NCBI GenBank assembly: GCA_050182275.1
Contig: JBFXCK010000006.1
Span: 23,759 to 87,758 of the forward strand
DNA from: Dongiaceae bacterium
GTDB lineage: Bacteria > Pseudomonadota > Alphaproteobacteria > SHNJ01
Reading direction: 5' to 3'
Length of the DNA stretch: 64,000 bases
In this document: one piece after another, positions 30,779 to 40,528 of the stretch
Layout: each line of letters opens with the position of its first letter
Position numbering within the stretch: position 1 is the stretch's first letter
Notes under the pieces: model-generated
The model's database searches: none
The model's input: only the letters and a program-made list of their open reading frames with translations
Told to the model about the DNA's origin: nothing
Program-made: the position numbers and the translations under genes

Positions 30779-31612
30779 TTATCCACCTCCCCCGGTTGAT
30801 TCTTCTTGCACGGCATTGCCGCGCACTACCCGGACGCTCCGGGGCGCTTGAATCGGCGCTAAAATGGTGCTTACTTCGCGATCCCAGGTAAAATTACGAT
30901 CCCGGACGGTTTCATTTTCTTCCTTGGCCAAGGGGCGCAAGGCTAAAGAAAGCTTGCCCATTTCGCTCGCTACCGCCAGCGTTTCCGCTTGCTTGGGCGT
31001 TACTTCGACAGTAGCGGTTTTGGCTATTTGGGCTTCAGGCTTTTGATTGTCGACACGCTGATCGACCGCCAAAATACGGATATTTTGCATAAAGGTTTCG
31101 CTGGCGCGGCGCGCCGGCGGCGTGCCGCCACTGGCCGGGGATTCGGGCTGAATGAACTGGGTCAATAAAATATCGACATAATCGCCCGGGAATACAAAGC
31201 CGCTGATTCCCGAAGTGTCATTGACTTGAATCGAAATCGCCCGCATGCCGGGGGTAAGCACGGCTGCCATAAAGCCACGGTCGCCGGGCTTAACAACATT
31301 GGCGGCAAGGACGGGCTCGCCAGCGCGCAGGCCATTGCGTGCAACGGCGCCGGCAAATTCTTCAGGCGTTTGTTTGCCGCGCTGAGCATAGGCGTCTAAA
31401 ATATTGTCGCTTGGCCATTCTTGCCAGGTCAAGTGATCGGCTTTAATAAAAGTTCCAGCCGGAACGTCGACCTTAGCCACCAATATCGAGGGCAAGTCTT
31501 TTTTAGCCGCCACCGGCGCGGGCGCCGGCGCTTTAGACCCGCTCATCGAGACGATGACCACGCCGACGATCACAACGATCAAAACTAAAAAGATAACTTT
31601 TTTTAGCGACAT
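30779..31612 (-). CDS. cpaB: CpaB/RcpC
   Basis: SAF domain, PGMRAISI, PGDYVDILL, LAVDQ. Confidence 0.95.
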   Translation of the reverse strand: MSLKKVIFLVLIVVIVGVVIVSMSGSKAPAPAPVAAKKDLPSILVAKVDVPAGTFIKADHLTWQEWPSDNILDAYAQRGKQTPEEFAGAVARNGLRAGEPVLAANVVKPGDRGFMAAVLTPGMRAISIQVNDTSGISGFVFPGDYVDILLTQFIQPESPASGGTPPARRASETFMQNIRILAVDQRVDNQKPEAQIAKTATVEVTPKQAETLAVASEMGKLSLALRPLAKEENETVRDRNFTWDREVSTILAPIQAPRSVRVVRGNAVQEESTGGGG

Positions 31613-31622
31613 ACTGTCCTTC

Positions 31623-32150
31623 CTATCTTATGAGCATCTGGCAGGCGCCGGCCAAGCAGCCGATGGAAATAGCGCTGCCGTAAGCAATCCGCTGATGTTT
31701 GCCCCACACCCGCGCCGCATTCAGCCAGGCCATCATATTTTGCGGCCCATGGCCGTAAGATTTTTCCCAATGCCGCGTGGCGCACCATATCCATAGGCTG
31801 GCCGCGATAATTCCTCCGCTGGCGCCGATAATTAATAAAAAGTTGGCGAAGAAAGAGGTGGGAATCCATAGGCTTCCGGCGCTTAAAAATTTAACGTCGC
31901 CCGCACCAATCCAGCCTTTGCTGTAAAGAAAGAAACCAAGCGCCAGCAAGCAGCCGGCTTGGATGAAAGGGTAAGGCCAATCTAATGGCGTTGCGGAAGT
32001 TAGGGCGTAGAAGGGAAATAATAAAAACAAGGAAATGGGTATAAAATTCGGGATGCGATAACTTTGCATATCCGTTAAGCCGGCATAACAGGCAATGACG
32101 GCAAATATATAAATGGATACTTGATGGATAAAATCAGACACAGATATCAT
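31623..32150 (-). CDS. cpaA: Prepilin peptidase CpaA/TadV
   Basis: D...YRIPN, GAGDVK, YG.AI. Confidence 0.92.
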   Translation of the reverse strand: MISVSDFIHQVSIYIFAVIACYAGLTDMQSYRIPNFIPISLFLLFPFYALTSATPLDWPYPFIQAGCLLALGFFLYSKGWIGAGDVKFLSAGSLWIPTSFFANFLLIIGASGGIIAASLWIWCATRHWEKSYGHGPQNMMAWLNAARVWGKHQRIAYGSAISIGCLAGACQMLIR

Positions 32151-32201
32151 TTCCTTAAGTCTTTAATTTGGCTAAACTTCAAGATAGTCCAGATGCGCGG
32201 A

Positions 32202-32228
32202 AGGGGTCCGCTTATTCGGCGGACCCCT
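32202..32228 (-). terminator. Stem-loop after pilin (terminator/attenuator or mRNA stabiliser)
   Basis: AGGGGTCCGC-TTATTCG-GCGGACCCCT; no U-tract. Confidence 0.6.
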
Positions 32229-32263
32229 CCTTCGATTAGCTTGTTAACCGTAGGCTTTTAAGC

Positions 32264-32467
32264 TTACGGAGCGGGCGGCGCGCCGCCGGTCGCGGCAGTC
32301 GTAGCGTCGTCCAATCTGTCAGAAACGGCAGTGAACAGAGTGTTCAAAGAACCGCCCATCGCTTGGAAGGCTGTAATAGCAGCTACCGAAATCAAGGCGG
32401 CGATCAGACCGTATTCGATCACGGTCGCGCCCGACTCGTCTCTTAAAAAGGTGTGTAATGTAGTCAT
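32264..32467 (-). CDS. flp: Flp family type IVc pilin
   Basis: DESGATVIEYGLIAALI. Confidence 0.97.
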   Translation of the reverse strand: MTTLHTFLRDESGATVIEYGLIAALISVAAITAFQAMGGSLNTLFTAVSDRLDDATTAATGGAPPAP

Positions 32468-32532
32468 GTTTGCTCCTCGCTGGTTTAAGACTCGGATTTT
32501 CTCCGTAACTAAGACCAGCTTGCCACCTAATG

Positions 32533-32548
32533 GTTAAAAAAAGTTAAA
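32533..32548 (-). promoter_or_regulatory. Candidate CtrA site upstream of pilin
   Basis: TTTA-N7-TTAAC on the minus strand (consensus TTAA-N7-TTAAC); CtrA controls pilA in Caulobacter. Confidence 0.45.
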
Positions 32549-32701
32549 GCAGAAGGATAGTTTAGGCTGGAATTTAGAACGAAACTGTCTCAAATTTTAG
32601 TCAAACACTTAAGCTTAAGAAATGTCTTAGATTTTTTGCCTATAGTGAAGGAATCGGCCAAAGAATGCGTGTCATATTCAGAAGAATAAAGGGAGTGGCG
32701 A

Positions 32702-34660
32702 ATGCCTAAAATCCGGCAAAAAGGAAGTGTTATCGTATGGGTGGCCGCCTCCCTTATCCCATTAATGGGGGTGCTTGGCGTTTCAATTGACGCCGGCCGA
32801 GCCTATTTGGCTAAAGAAAGATTACAATCGGCTTTAGACGGCGCCGGCCTAGCGGCGGCCCGGGCTGATGCCGTGTCCTTGGTCAATGATCCGGCCTTAC
32901 GCTGGAGCCAAGATGTGCAACCCGTCATGCTGAATTTTTTTAAATTGAATTTCCCCATCGGATTCATGGGAAATGGGGTCGACGGTTATCCGCAGACCAT
33001 CCCACAAAAGGTTTCCGATGACGGCATTACCATGAAGTTTCATGCCAGCGCTACTATTCCTACCACCTTTATGCGGATAATGGGGGTCAATCAAATGACC
33101 GTGATTGCCGATACCGTTGTGGTTCGCGGCCGTCATAAAATGGAAATAGTATTCGCCATCGACAATACCGGCTCGTTTGGCACCAGTTTAAACCAGCAAT
33201 CAAACGTGCAATATAATCAGCCGCCTGAAGCCGCCTCGCCAATGGCGCGCTTGCAAGAGGGGATGAAAAATTTGGTGAATACTTTATTCGACACCGCCCG
33301 GCTGAATGGCGATATCCGGATTGGCATTGTGCCTTACGCGCATACGGTCAATATCCGCACCGAGCAAATTCAGCCTGATAGCTTGGCGGCTTATACGATG
33401 CCTACCACTTTCGCCGCCAGCCAGCCGGGCCGTCCGCCGGAATTGGATAATAAGCTGCCTTATTTAATGCGCAAATGCGTCAATGCTGCCGACGGCGCAT
33501 TTTGCACCGGCGTAGTGGGGCGCACCGCGACCAACAGCTATCAAGATCAAGCGGTTGCCATGGGTATCGCCGCGCAAGGCGGCGTGCCCGCCGGGCAGGT
33601 TTTATTAAACCGCGATTTTGCGCCGGTTAATTGGCGCGGTTGTATTGAAGACGCCGCGGGAAGCTCTACTTCTTTGGGGGATCCGGTAATTAATTCCAGC
33701 AATAACGCCCTGGGCGTTAGCGGCGATACGCCGCCTAGCCCCATGCGGTGGTTTCCTTTTTTATATAACAGCACTTTTACGCGCAACGTCGATACTTATA
33801 CCGCAATGGCGACCACTTCAGGCGGCAACGCCGTCAACACTTGCGCGCGCGGCAGCAGCAGTACCGGGCGGCGTAATGATTATGTCCGCGCTAATAATAC
33901 TCCATGCCAAACCGTTAGCGGCAGCGGAAATGCGCAAGCCCGCCAAGTTCCCGCTTGCGTAACCGACCGGTATGAATCGGTTAATTACGGCGGTAATTAT
34001 ACGGGCCTTTATTGCATGCTAGTGACTTACGGCACGCAATATCAGCCTACCCAAGGCTTTACCGCCACGCACAGCCCCAATTCCGGCTGTCTGCCGGGCG
34101 GGATGCTGCCTTTAAGCGGGAATAGGGCGCAAGTTTTACGCCGCATCGGGGCGTTATTGCCTTCCAATCAAATCGGCACGCATGCCGATATAGGGGTTTT
34201 GTGGGCAACACGGGTTTTATCGCCGCGCAGTGAATGGAAAAGTTTCTTTGGGTATAATCTGATTAATAATGGTCAGTACCCGGCGGCGTGGAATGATCGT
34301 GAGACTATTAAGGTAGTGATTCTTATTTTTGACGCCGGTAACGACCGTGGCGTTTATTCCACCCATGGCCAATTAACCGACCGGCGTTTGAATAATGCCG
34401 GCTCGATGGCGGGCGGCGGATTAAATACATTGCAAACCCGGGCATGTAACGCCCTTAAGGCGCTTAGCCCCGATTTGAATATATATGTAGTATTGCAAGT
34501 AAATCCCGATGGCGGTGTGAACGCGACCGATCAGGCGATAGCTCAAGGCTGCGCCACCCGCCCCGAGAATTATCAGCAGGTAAGCCCCGGCCAGGGCTTG
34601 ACCGATGCGTTGAATAACATCACGCGGCAGCTGACGGATTTACGATTGGGGATTAATTAG
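32702..34660 (+). CDS. TadG-like pilin-anchored VWA protein
   Basis: KGSVIVW N-terminus, D.GRAY..K.RLQSALD, VWA DNTGS, GIVPY..VN. Confidence 0.85.
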   Translation: MPKIRQKGSVIVWVAASLIPLMGVLGVSIDAGRAYLAKERLQSALDGAGLAAARADAVSLVNDPALRWSQDVQPVMLNFFKLNFPIGFMGNGVDGYPQTIPQKVSDDGITMKFHASATIPTTFMRIMGVNQMTVIADTVVVRGRHKMEIVFAIDNTGSFGTSLNQQSNVQYNQPPEAASPMARLQEGMKNLVNTLFDTARLNGDIRIGIVPYAHTVNIRTEQIQPDSLAAYTMPTTFAASQPGRPPELDNKLPYLMRKCVNAADGAFCTGVVGRTATNSYQDQAVAMGIAAQGGVPAGQVLLNRDFAPVNWRGCIEDAAGSSTSLGDPVINSSNNALGVSGDTPPSPMRWFPFLYNSTFTRNVDTYTAMATTSGGNAVNTCARGSSSTGRRNDYVRANNTPCQTVSGSGNAQARQVPACVTDRYESVNYGGNYTGLYCMLVTYGTQYQPTQGFTATHSPNSGCLPGGMLPLSGNRAQVLRRIGALLPSNQIGTHADIGVLWATRVLSPRSEWKSFFGYNLINNGQYPAAWNDRETIKVVILIFDAGNDRGVYSTHGQLTDRRLNNAGSMAGGGLNTLQTRACNALKALSPDLNIYVVLQVNPDGGVNATDQAIAQGCATRPENYQQVSPGQGLTDALNNITRQLTDLRLGIN

Positions 34661-34734
34661 GAAACCAAATTATTCTCGCTGCATTCACAAGGCGGTTGCG
34701 GCCATCTAAAAATTATGAGACATTTCACCCGGCA

Positions 34735-34809
34735 GCCCGCCTAGCTCAGCGGTAGAGCAACCGCCTTGTAAGCGGTAGGTCGGGGGTTCAATCCCCTCGG
34801 CGGGCACCA
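34735..34809 (+). tRNA. tRNA-Thr(TGT)
   Basis: Cloverleaf, anticodon arm ACCGC-CTTGTAA-GCGGT, GGTTCAA, encoded CCA. Confidence 0.97.
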
Positions 34810-35592
34810 CTAACTATTTCTCCGCAATTCATACAAGGCAATCGCGGCGGCGTTGGAAACATTCAGGCTTTCCATCTGACTGCTGATCGGCAATTTGACG
34901 ATTAAATCGCATGCTTCGCGCGTAAGCCTGCGCATGCCTTCGCCTTCGGCGCCTAAAATCAAAACCAATTTGCCGCTTAATTGGGCTTCGGCCAAAGTTT
35001 GCGGGGCTTCCCCATCCATGCCAACCGCCCAGAAATTCGCCTCTTTTAATTGTTCGATGGCGCGGTTGATGTTGACGACATGGAGCAGGGGAACAACTTC
35101 AAGTCCACCTGATGCCGCCTTGGCCATCGCGGCGCTTAAGGGCGGGCTGTGGCGGTCTTGCAGAATAACCGCATCGGCATTGAAAGCGGCGGCCGAGCGG
35201 ATGATGGCGCCCACATTATGCGGATCGGTGACTTGATCTAAAACTAACACCAGTGCATTCGGTTTATCGGCTGTCTTTTCAAGAATATCTTCAATCGCGG
35301 CGCGCGGTAAAGCTTGCACCTTGGCGGCAATGCCTTGATGCACGGCGCCCGGCAATAATTCATCCATGGCGCGGCGGTCTAAAATTTCGGGTTTTAAGGC
35401 GGCGGCGGGCAAATCAATTTCGTTGCGCGTTTCCTCGGTCAGCACCAGGCGGCGCAATTTCCGTTCGGGATTTTGCAAGGCGGCCAGAACCGCGTGTTTG
35501 CCGTAAAGCCAATAATCATGGTCGAAGCTGGGAGCAATCTGTGCTTCCCTGCCGCTCGATTGGCGGTTTGATTTAGGCTTGGAATGGCGCAT
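34810..35592 (-). CDS. rlmB: 23S rRNA Gm2251 methyltransferase
   Basis: HQGI, DPHNVGAIIRSA, GAEGEG, ESLNVSNA. Confidence 0.95.
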   Translation of the reverse strand: MRHSKPKSNRQSSGREAQIAPSFDHDYWLYGKHAVLAALQNPERKLRRLVLTEETRNEIDLPAAALKPEILDRRAMDELLPGAVHQGIAAKVQALPRAAIEDILEKTADKPNALVLVLDQVTDPHNVGAIIRSAAAFNADAVILQDRHSPPLSAAMAKAASGGLEVVPLLHVVNINRAIEQLKEANFWAVGMDGEAPQTLAEAQLSGKLVLILGAEGEGMRRLTREACDLIVKLPISSQMESLNVSNAAAIALYELRRNS

Positions 35593-35734
35593 AAAGGCTG
35601 TTTACGGGGAAAATCGGGGCCTGGCAAGGTTATTTCCAGGGGATGACAAGCCGGGCAAAGAATGCTACATACCCCCTTCGCAATTCATAGGCTAAAGCTG
35701 GCGTCAGCCAACCGAAGCCCGAAGGGCGAAGGTT

Positions 35735-35820
<86 letters not shown>

Positions 35821-35830
35821 TTTCTTTACC

Positions 35831-35859
35831 AACCCGCCCATCATGGCGGGTTTTTCTTT
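35831..35859 (+). terminator. Terminator downstream of tRNA-Tyr
   Basis: AACCCGCC/GGCGGGTT stem + T-run. Confidence 0.75.
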
Positions 35860-36085
35860 GCTGAAAACCCCAATTCCCGCGCGGTTTTGCGAAAGCACTG
35901 TGTACTGTTAGAGCGCTGGGATGTGCATTTTTCTCTCAGTTTTGGCGGTTTCTCTCACGCTTTCTGGATACGTTGCGAGTGTGTCGTCGTCGTGAAAGCG
36001 CTTTGATTTACAAGGCAAACCGCAAATTGTGTTTGAACACTAAAAGCGGTTATCGCCACACAAATTTCAAACTTTTTTGCGGAGT

Positions 36086-36115
36086 CATCGTCGTTTTTTT
36101 CGGTGACGGCATACC
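36086..36115 (+). promoter_or_regulatory. Bipartite motif A, copy 1
   Basis: CATCGTCGTTTT-N8-ACGGCATACC, repeated at 48140. Confidence 0.7.
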
Positions 36116-36148
36116 GGAGGGGAAGAACAAAATAAGGAGGTTCTTCCC

Positions 36149-36358
36149 ATGGCGATTAGCACCCGCGATCCCGTCGATATGACTGGCCAGGAGCGTATGC
36201 AGGAAATCGCGGCCATTTTAGCCGCCTGTGTCCAAAGATTGCAAAAAAACGAGCAGAAACAATGCGATAAAGCCAATTTCGAGAGAAGTTTGACTGGACT
36301 TCAAGGGCGAATGAAGCATTCGTGTGACCACGCTGAGAACCAGAGTGGAGATGCTTAA
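36149..36358 (+). CDS. Hypothetical element protein
   Basis: AAGGAGG RBS; ER..EIA.ILA motif; precedes DUF2924. Confidence 0.65.
   Translation: MAISTRDPVDMTGQERMQEIAAILAACVQRLQKNEQKQCDKANFERSLTGLQGRMKHSCDHAENQSGDA
36291..36324 (+). promoter_or_regulatory. Motif B, copy 1
   Basis: TGACTGGA-N10-GAATGAAGCATTCGTG. Confidence 0.7.
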
Positions 36359-36359
36359 T

Positions 36360-36857
36360 ATGGCAACGAATGTCCTGGCAGAATATGCTGCCCTGAACGC
36401 GATGGAGATTAAAGACCTGCTGGTCGAATGGAACAAGTATTTCGACCGCCCACCGTCATCGCACAACAACAAAACCTACCTCGTCAATCAGATCATCTAT
36501 CGCATTCAGGAGCTGACCTACGGCGGCCTGACCCGGCGCACGATTGATCGGCTGGAGGCGCTGGCCGAAAGCGAGGTTGCGAACCAGCGCAAGTCAAATC
36601 CCAGCCGCCTGGCGGTGGGAACACGGCTGGTGCGGGAGGTCAAAGGCGTTGAACACCATGTGCAGGTGCTGGCCGATGGGTATGAATATCAGGGTATGAA
36701 ATACCGCAGCCTTTCGGGCGTGGCTTTTGCCATCACCGGCACGCGCTGGAATGGGAACGAGTTTTTTGGCCTCGGCAAAAAGGATGACAGCGAGAAGCGG
36801 CCTTACCACCGATCAAGAAAATGGCTGGCAGAGCAAGCCAAAAAGGCCAAGTTATGA
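36360..36857 (+). CDS. DUF2924 domain protein
   Basis: YRIQELTYGGL, GTRLVRE..G..H.V, Y.SLS.VA.AITGTRWNG..FFGL. Confidence 0.88.
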   Translation: MATNVLAEYAALNAMEIKDLLVEWNKYFDRPPSSHNNKTYLVNQIIYRIQELTYGGLTRRTIDRLEALAESEVANQRKSNPSRLAVGTRLVREVKGVEHHVQVLADGYEYQGMKYRSLSGVAFAITGTRWNGNEFFGLGKKDDSEKRPYHRSRKWLAEQAKKAKL

Positions 36858-38221
36858 TCGGCACGAATTTACCAGAAAAGAAAATCCTGCGCTGCGCAAT
36901 CTATACCCGTGTTTCTGACGACGAAGGGCTGGATCAGGAATTTAGCTCGCTGGATAATCAGCGTGAAGCTGGCGAATACCATATCAAGGCGCAAGCCCAT
37001 GCAGGATGGAGGGTGCTGCCGGAGCGTTACGACGATGGCGGATATTCAGCCAAGGATTTGCACCGTCCGGCCGCCAAACGCCTCCTGCAGGATATCATGG
37101 ACGGCAAAATCGACGTTGTGGTCGTTTACAAGATCGACCGGATGTCGCGCAATATGTTCGACTTTGTCGACTTAATGAAGTTGTTCGAACAGCACAAGGT
37201 TACTTTCGTTTCGGTCACCCAGCATTTTAATACCGAAACGGCGATGGGGAAACTCATTCTGAATATCCTGCAATCCTTCGCGCAGTTTGAGCGTGAAATG
37301 ACCGCGGAGCGGATCCGCGATAAATTCGCCGCCTCGAAAATGAAGGGCATGTGGATGGGAGGGCCGCCGCCGCTGGGCTATGACGTGGTTGAGCGCAAGC
37401 TCATCACCAATCCCAAGGAAGCCAAGCTGGTCAACCATATTTTTGAACGATATGTCGCCTTGAAAAGCACTACCTTGCTCTGTGACGAGCTGAAGCGTGA
37501 CGGCCACCACACGAAAGCCTATATCAGCCGCAAGGAGCGGCCTGTCGGCGGGCAAACCTTTGTCACCAACTCTATTCTGACAGTCTTGCGTAACAGGCTT
37601 TACGTTGGGGAAGTCCACCACAAGGGCAAATATTACCCTGGCCAGCACAAGGCCATTGTACAGCGCGCCCTGTTTGAACAGGCGCAGGAAATTCTGAACC
37701 AGAATGGCGGTATAAAGCGCAAGCGCACCTGGACGATAAAATCGAAAGCCTTGCTGAAGGGATTGCTGGTCTGCGGTGGCTGCGAGGGAATGATGTCGCC
37801 TACCCACACGCGCAAGGGCAACAAGCATTATCATTATTACGTCATGAATTCTTATCGCCGGAATTCTTGCGAAGGCTGCCCCATGGATCGCATCCCTGCC
37901 GGCGAGATCGAAGCGGTGGTCAGCAGCCAATTAAAAGCCATACTGGCCTCGCCACAGATCGTAGTCGAAACCTGGCGCAAGCTGAAAACACGCAATGCCG
38001 CCTATCAGGAAAGCGACCTGCACGATGCCATGCGGGATCTGAACAACGTGTGGGATAGCCTAATCCCTGAAGAGCGCAAACGCATCGCCATTCTGCTTAT
38101 TGACCGCGTGGTCACGCGATCGGATGGAATCGACATTGAATACCGCGCCGATGGCTTCGAAACGATCATCGATGATCTGCAGCGGAAGCTGAACGCCAAC
38201 CAGGAAAGGAGATCAGCCTGA
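36854..38221 (+). CDS. Large serine recombinase
   Basis: CAIYTRVS, YDDGGYS, KIDRMSR, FAQFERE, zinc ribbon; ATGA coupling to DUF2924. Confidence 0.95.
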   Translation: MIGTNLPEKKILRCAIYTRVSDDEGLDQEFSSLDNQREAGEYHIKAQAHAGWRVLPERYDDGGYSAKDLHRPAAKRLLQDIMDGKIDVVVVYKIDRMSRNMFDFVDLMKLFEQHKVTFVSVTQHFNTETAMGKLILNILQSFAQFEREMTAERIRDKFAASKMKGMWMGGPPPLGYDVVERKLITNPKEAKLVNHIFERYVALKSTTLLCDELKRDGHHTKAYISRKERPVGGQTFVTNSILTVLRNRLYVGEVHHKGKYYPGQHKAIVQRALFEQAQEILNQNGGIKRKRTWTIKSKALLKGLLVCGGCEGMMSPTHTRKGNKHYHYYVMNSYRRNSCEGCPMDRIPAGEIEAVVSSQLKAILASPQIVVETWRKLKTRNAAYQESDLHDAMRDLNNVWDSLIPEERKRIAILLIDRVVTRSDGIDIEYRADGFETIIDDLQRKLNANQERRSA

Positions 38222-38223
38222 CA

Positions 38224-38640
38224 ATGAGCCATGTACGAATAGAAAACAGTAAAATCATCGTCCACGTCCCGCTGAATTTGCGAACGTGGGGCGGCAAGAA
38301 AGTTATTGTCGGCCCGCAAGGAAAGGATTTGCGGGCGCTGGAGCTAGATATCCGCAAGGATGAAAAATTGCTCAAGGCGCTGGGGCGCGCCTATCGTTGG
38401 CATGGCTGGATTTTAACAGGCAAATACGCGACCGTGCAGGAAATGTCGGAGAGACAGAAAATCAACAAATCCTATATGCAGCGCATGATGCGGATCATGC
38501 AGTTGTCGCCCAAGATCGTGGAAGCCATCCTCGACGGCCAGCAGCCGGAGGGCTTTGCCTTACGGGATATCGAGCAGACCTTTTCGCCGCTTTGGTCTGA
38601 GCAGGAAAAGCAATTCGGTTTTACTTTCCCTCCTGCATAA
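38224..38640 (+). CDS. Recombinase-associated HTH-like protein
   Basis: GGKK, KALGRAYRW, L.PKIVEAILDG.QP; directly follows the recombinase. Confidence 0.7.
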   Translation: MSHVRIENSKIIVHVPLNLRTWGGKKVIVGPQGKDLRALELDIRKDEKLLKALGRAYRWHGWILTGKYATVQEMSERQKINKSYMQRMMRIMQLSPKIVEAILDGQQPEGFALRDIEQTFSPLWSEQEKQFGFTFPPA

Positions 38641-39031
38641 ACCGCTTTCTAGCGGCTAAAATTCTGTCATGATTCGTGTCTGCCCAATTTATCAATTCCC
38701 AAAGAGGTGGCAATAACGACCGTCCCAGCGGCGTCAGGCTGTATTCCACGCTAGGTGGTTTGGTGGCATAAACCGTTCGGTCGATCATGCCGTCCATTTC
38801 AAGGTCTCGCAGCGCTTGCGTTAAAACTCGCTGGGACATTTCTGGAATTTCTCTTTTCAATTCCCCGAAGCGCCAGGGACGCAGCGCCAAAGTGATCAAA
38901 ATCAGGACAATCCACTTGCCGCCAATACGATCAAGCGCATCCCGATATGGATAAGATTGAGGATTTTGAAACCTCTCTTTCCAGGTACGGCGGCGCTCTT
39001 GTAATTTTCTGGTGGCGTCGCTAGTCGGCAC
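38621..39031 (-). CDS. HxlR family transcriptional regulator
   Basis: IGGKWIVLIL, RFGEL, LRDLE.DG, PP.VEYSLT.LG. Confidence 0.92.
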   Translation of the reverse strand: MPTSDATRKLQERRRTWKERFQNPQSYPYRDALDRIGGKWIVLILITLALRPWRFGELKREIPEMSQRVLTQALRDLEMDGMIDRTVYATKPPSVEYSLTPLGRSLLPPLWELINWADTNHDRILAARKRFMQEGK

Positions 39032-39093
39032 CTACAATATTCTCCCCTAAATAATTTTTAATTTTATAAATTTTCCAATCATATAAAGCGCCG

Positions 39094-40002
39094 CTAAGAA
39101 CAGTTTTCTTTACAATCAACTGTTTCAAATTCGATAGTGGAGTGCTGGATATTGTGATTAATTAGAAGAGTTTTCAGGCTTGCCTTCACTTCTTCCATGG
39201 ATTTCAGGTCTGCAATTACAACATGGGCTTCCAAAGCGTTTCTTTGCTCATCAAGTCGTCTCATATGAACATGATGAACGCTGGAAACACCTTTTAATTG
39301 CTGCATATCATGGATGATGGCCTCTGGATTTATACCTTCCGGCGTACCGTCCATAAGCAAATTCAAAACGGCTGGAAACTCCTTCACGGCCTGCAGCATG
39401 ACATATGCCGATATGACGAGCGTTATGATCGGATCAACAATCGTCCACCCGTAAAGCAAAATTAATGCGCCACCGATCATCACGCCTACGGATGAGAGAG
39501 CGTCTGCTATGTTATGCAGAAACGCCGCGCGGATATTCTGGCTTGTTTTGGGTTCCTTCCATGTTAGCGCTGCGGTTGCCGCGTCAATTATCAGAGCAAT
39601 GCCTGCCACGATGATGACCGTCCAACCCTCAACCGGCTCTGGCTCGATAAAACGGATAATCGCTTCGGTGCCGAGCCAAAAGCCAATCAGGATAAGAGAA
39701 GTCAGATTTATCAGCGCTGCTATGGTTTCTACACGCTGGTATCCATAGGTGCGCTTGCTATCCGGCTTTCGTTTGGCAATGCGCCGGGCAATCACGGCAA
39801 GCAAAAGAGAAGCGGCATCGCTAAAATTATGCAGAGCGTCGGCAATCAACGCCAAGCTGCCGGAGAATATCCCGCCTATGATTTGGGCCACTGTAAGTCC
39901 GACATTGATAACCACAGCCACGGAAAGTTTAGTATTCGTCATGTCACGCGCTGCTTGATGATGATTGTGTCCGTCGTGATTGTGGCCGTGGTTATCGCTC
40001 AT
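39094..40002 (-). CDS. czcD: CDF transporter CzcD-like
   Basis: His-rich N-terminus, ADALHNFSD, AFLHNIADA, HH.H. Confidence 0.88.
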   Translation of the reverse strand: MSDNHGHNHDGHNHHQAARDMTNTKLSVAVVINVGLTVAQIIGGIFSGSLALIADALHNFSDAASLLLAVIARRIAKRKPDSKRTYGYQRVETIAALINLTSLILIGFWLGTEAIIRFIEPEPVEGWTVIIVAGIALIIDAATAALTWKEPKTSQNIRAAFLHNIADALSSVGVMIGGALILLYGWTIVDPIITLVISAYVMLQAVKEFPAVLNLLMDGTPEGINPEAIIHDMQQLKGVSSVHHVHMRRLDEQRNALEAHVVIADLKSMEEVKASLKTLLINHNIQHSTIEFETVDCKENCS

Positions 40003-40024
40003 TTCCGCATCCTTGGGTTAAAAG

Positions 40025-40528
40025 TTACTTGGCGTCTTGAGGATAAATTGTTTTGACCAATGCCTTCTGGCTTTCCAGCAGATCAAGAGCTTCGGTTGCG
40101 CCAGCGATGTTTTTATCTTCAGCGGCATGATGAAAGCGATCGATGGTCTTGTTCAGCTGATCAAGTGCCTTGATCAGCTTTTCGTTGTTTTCCTGCTTCG
40201 CTGCATGCGGCTGGTCGTGCAGGACGGCAATGGCAGCCGCCAGCTTCTCTCCAGCTTCGTGAAGCGTATTGGCATTGTTATCTTTCAATGCCTGACGGGC
40301 CGATGCGATGGTTTCATCGATCATTGTCCAGGCCGCGTCAACGGATGCTGGCTTAACTACAGAAAAATGGGGTTTTTCGTTATGGCCGTGACCATCGCCG
40401 TGCGCTTCTGAGTTCCCGTGGGCGTGTCCGGCTTCCGCGCCATGATCATGTCCGTCCGTCGCATAAACGGGAACGGACAAGGCTATAACAGCGATTCCGG
40501 CAAGCAGTAGGGTTTTAAACGGTTTCAT
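40025..40528 (-). CDS. Periplasmic His-rich putative metal-binding protein
   Basis: Signal peptide, HDHG..HAHG tracts, helical body. Confidence 0.7.
   Translation of the reverse strand: MKPFKTLLLAGIAVIALSVPVYATDGHDHGAEAGHAHGNSEAHGDGHGHNEKPHFSVVKPASVDAAWTMIDETIASARQALKDNNANTLHEAGEKLAAAIAVLHDQPHAAKQENNEKLIKALDQLNKTIDRFHHAAEDKNIAGATEALDLLESQKALVKTIYPQDAK

Noticed and set aside
37172-37930. Long antisense ORFs here and opposite cfa, czcB, cusA and the ParB-MTase
   Set aside because: Codon-aligned shadows of GC-rich genes with no motifs or operon logic
38621-39031. HxlR as the regulator of the czc operon
   Set aside because: It lies at the distal end of the operon and the family is not known for metal sensing; more likely leftover cargo
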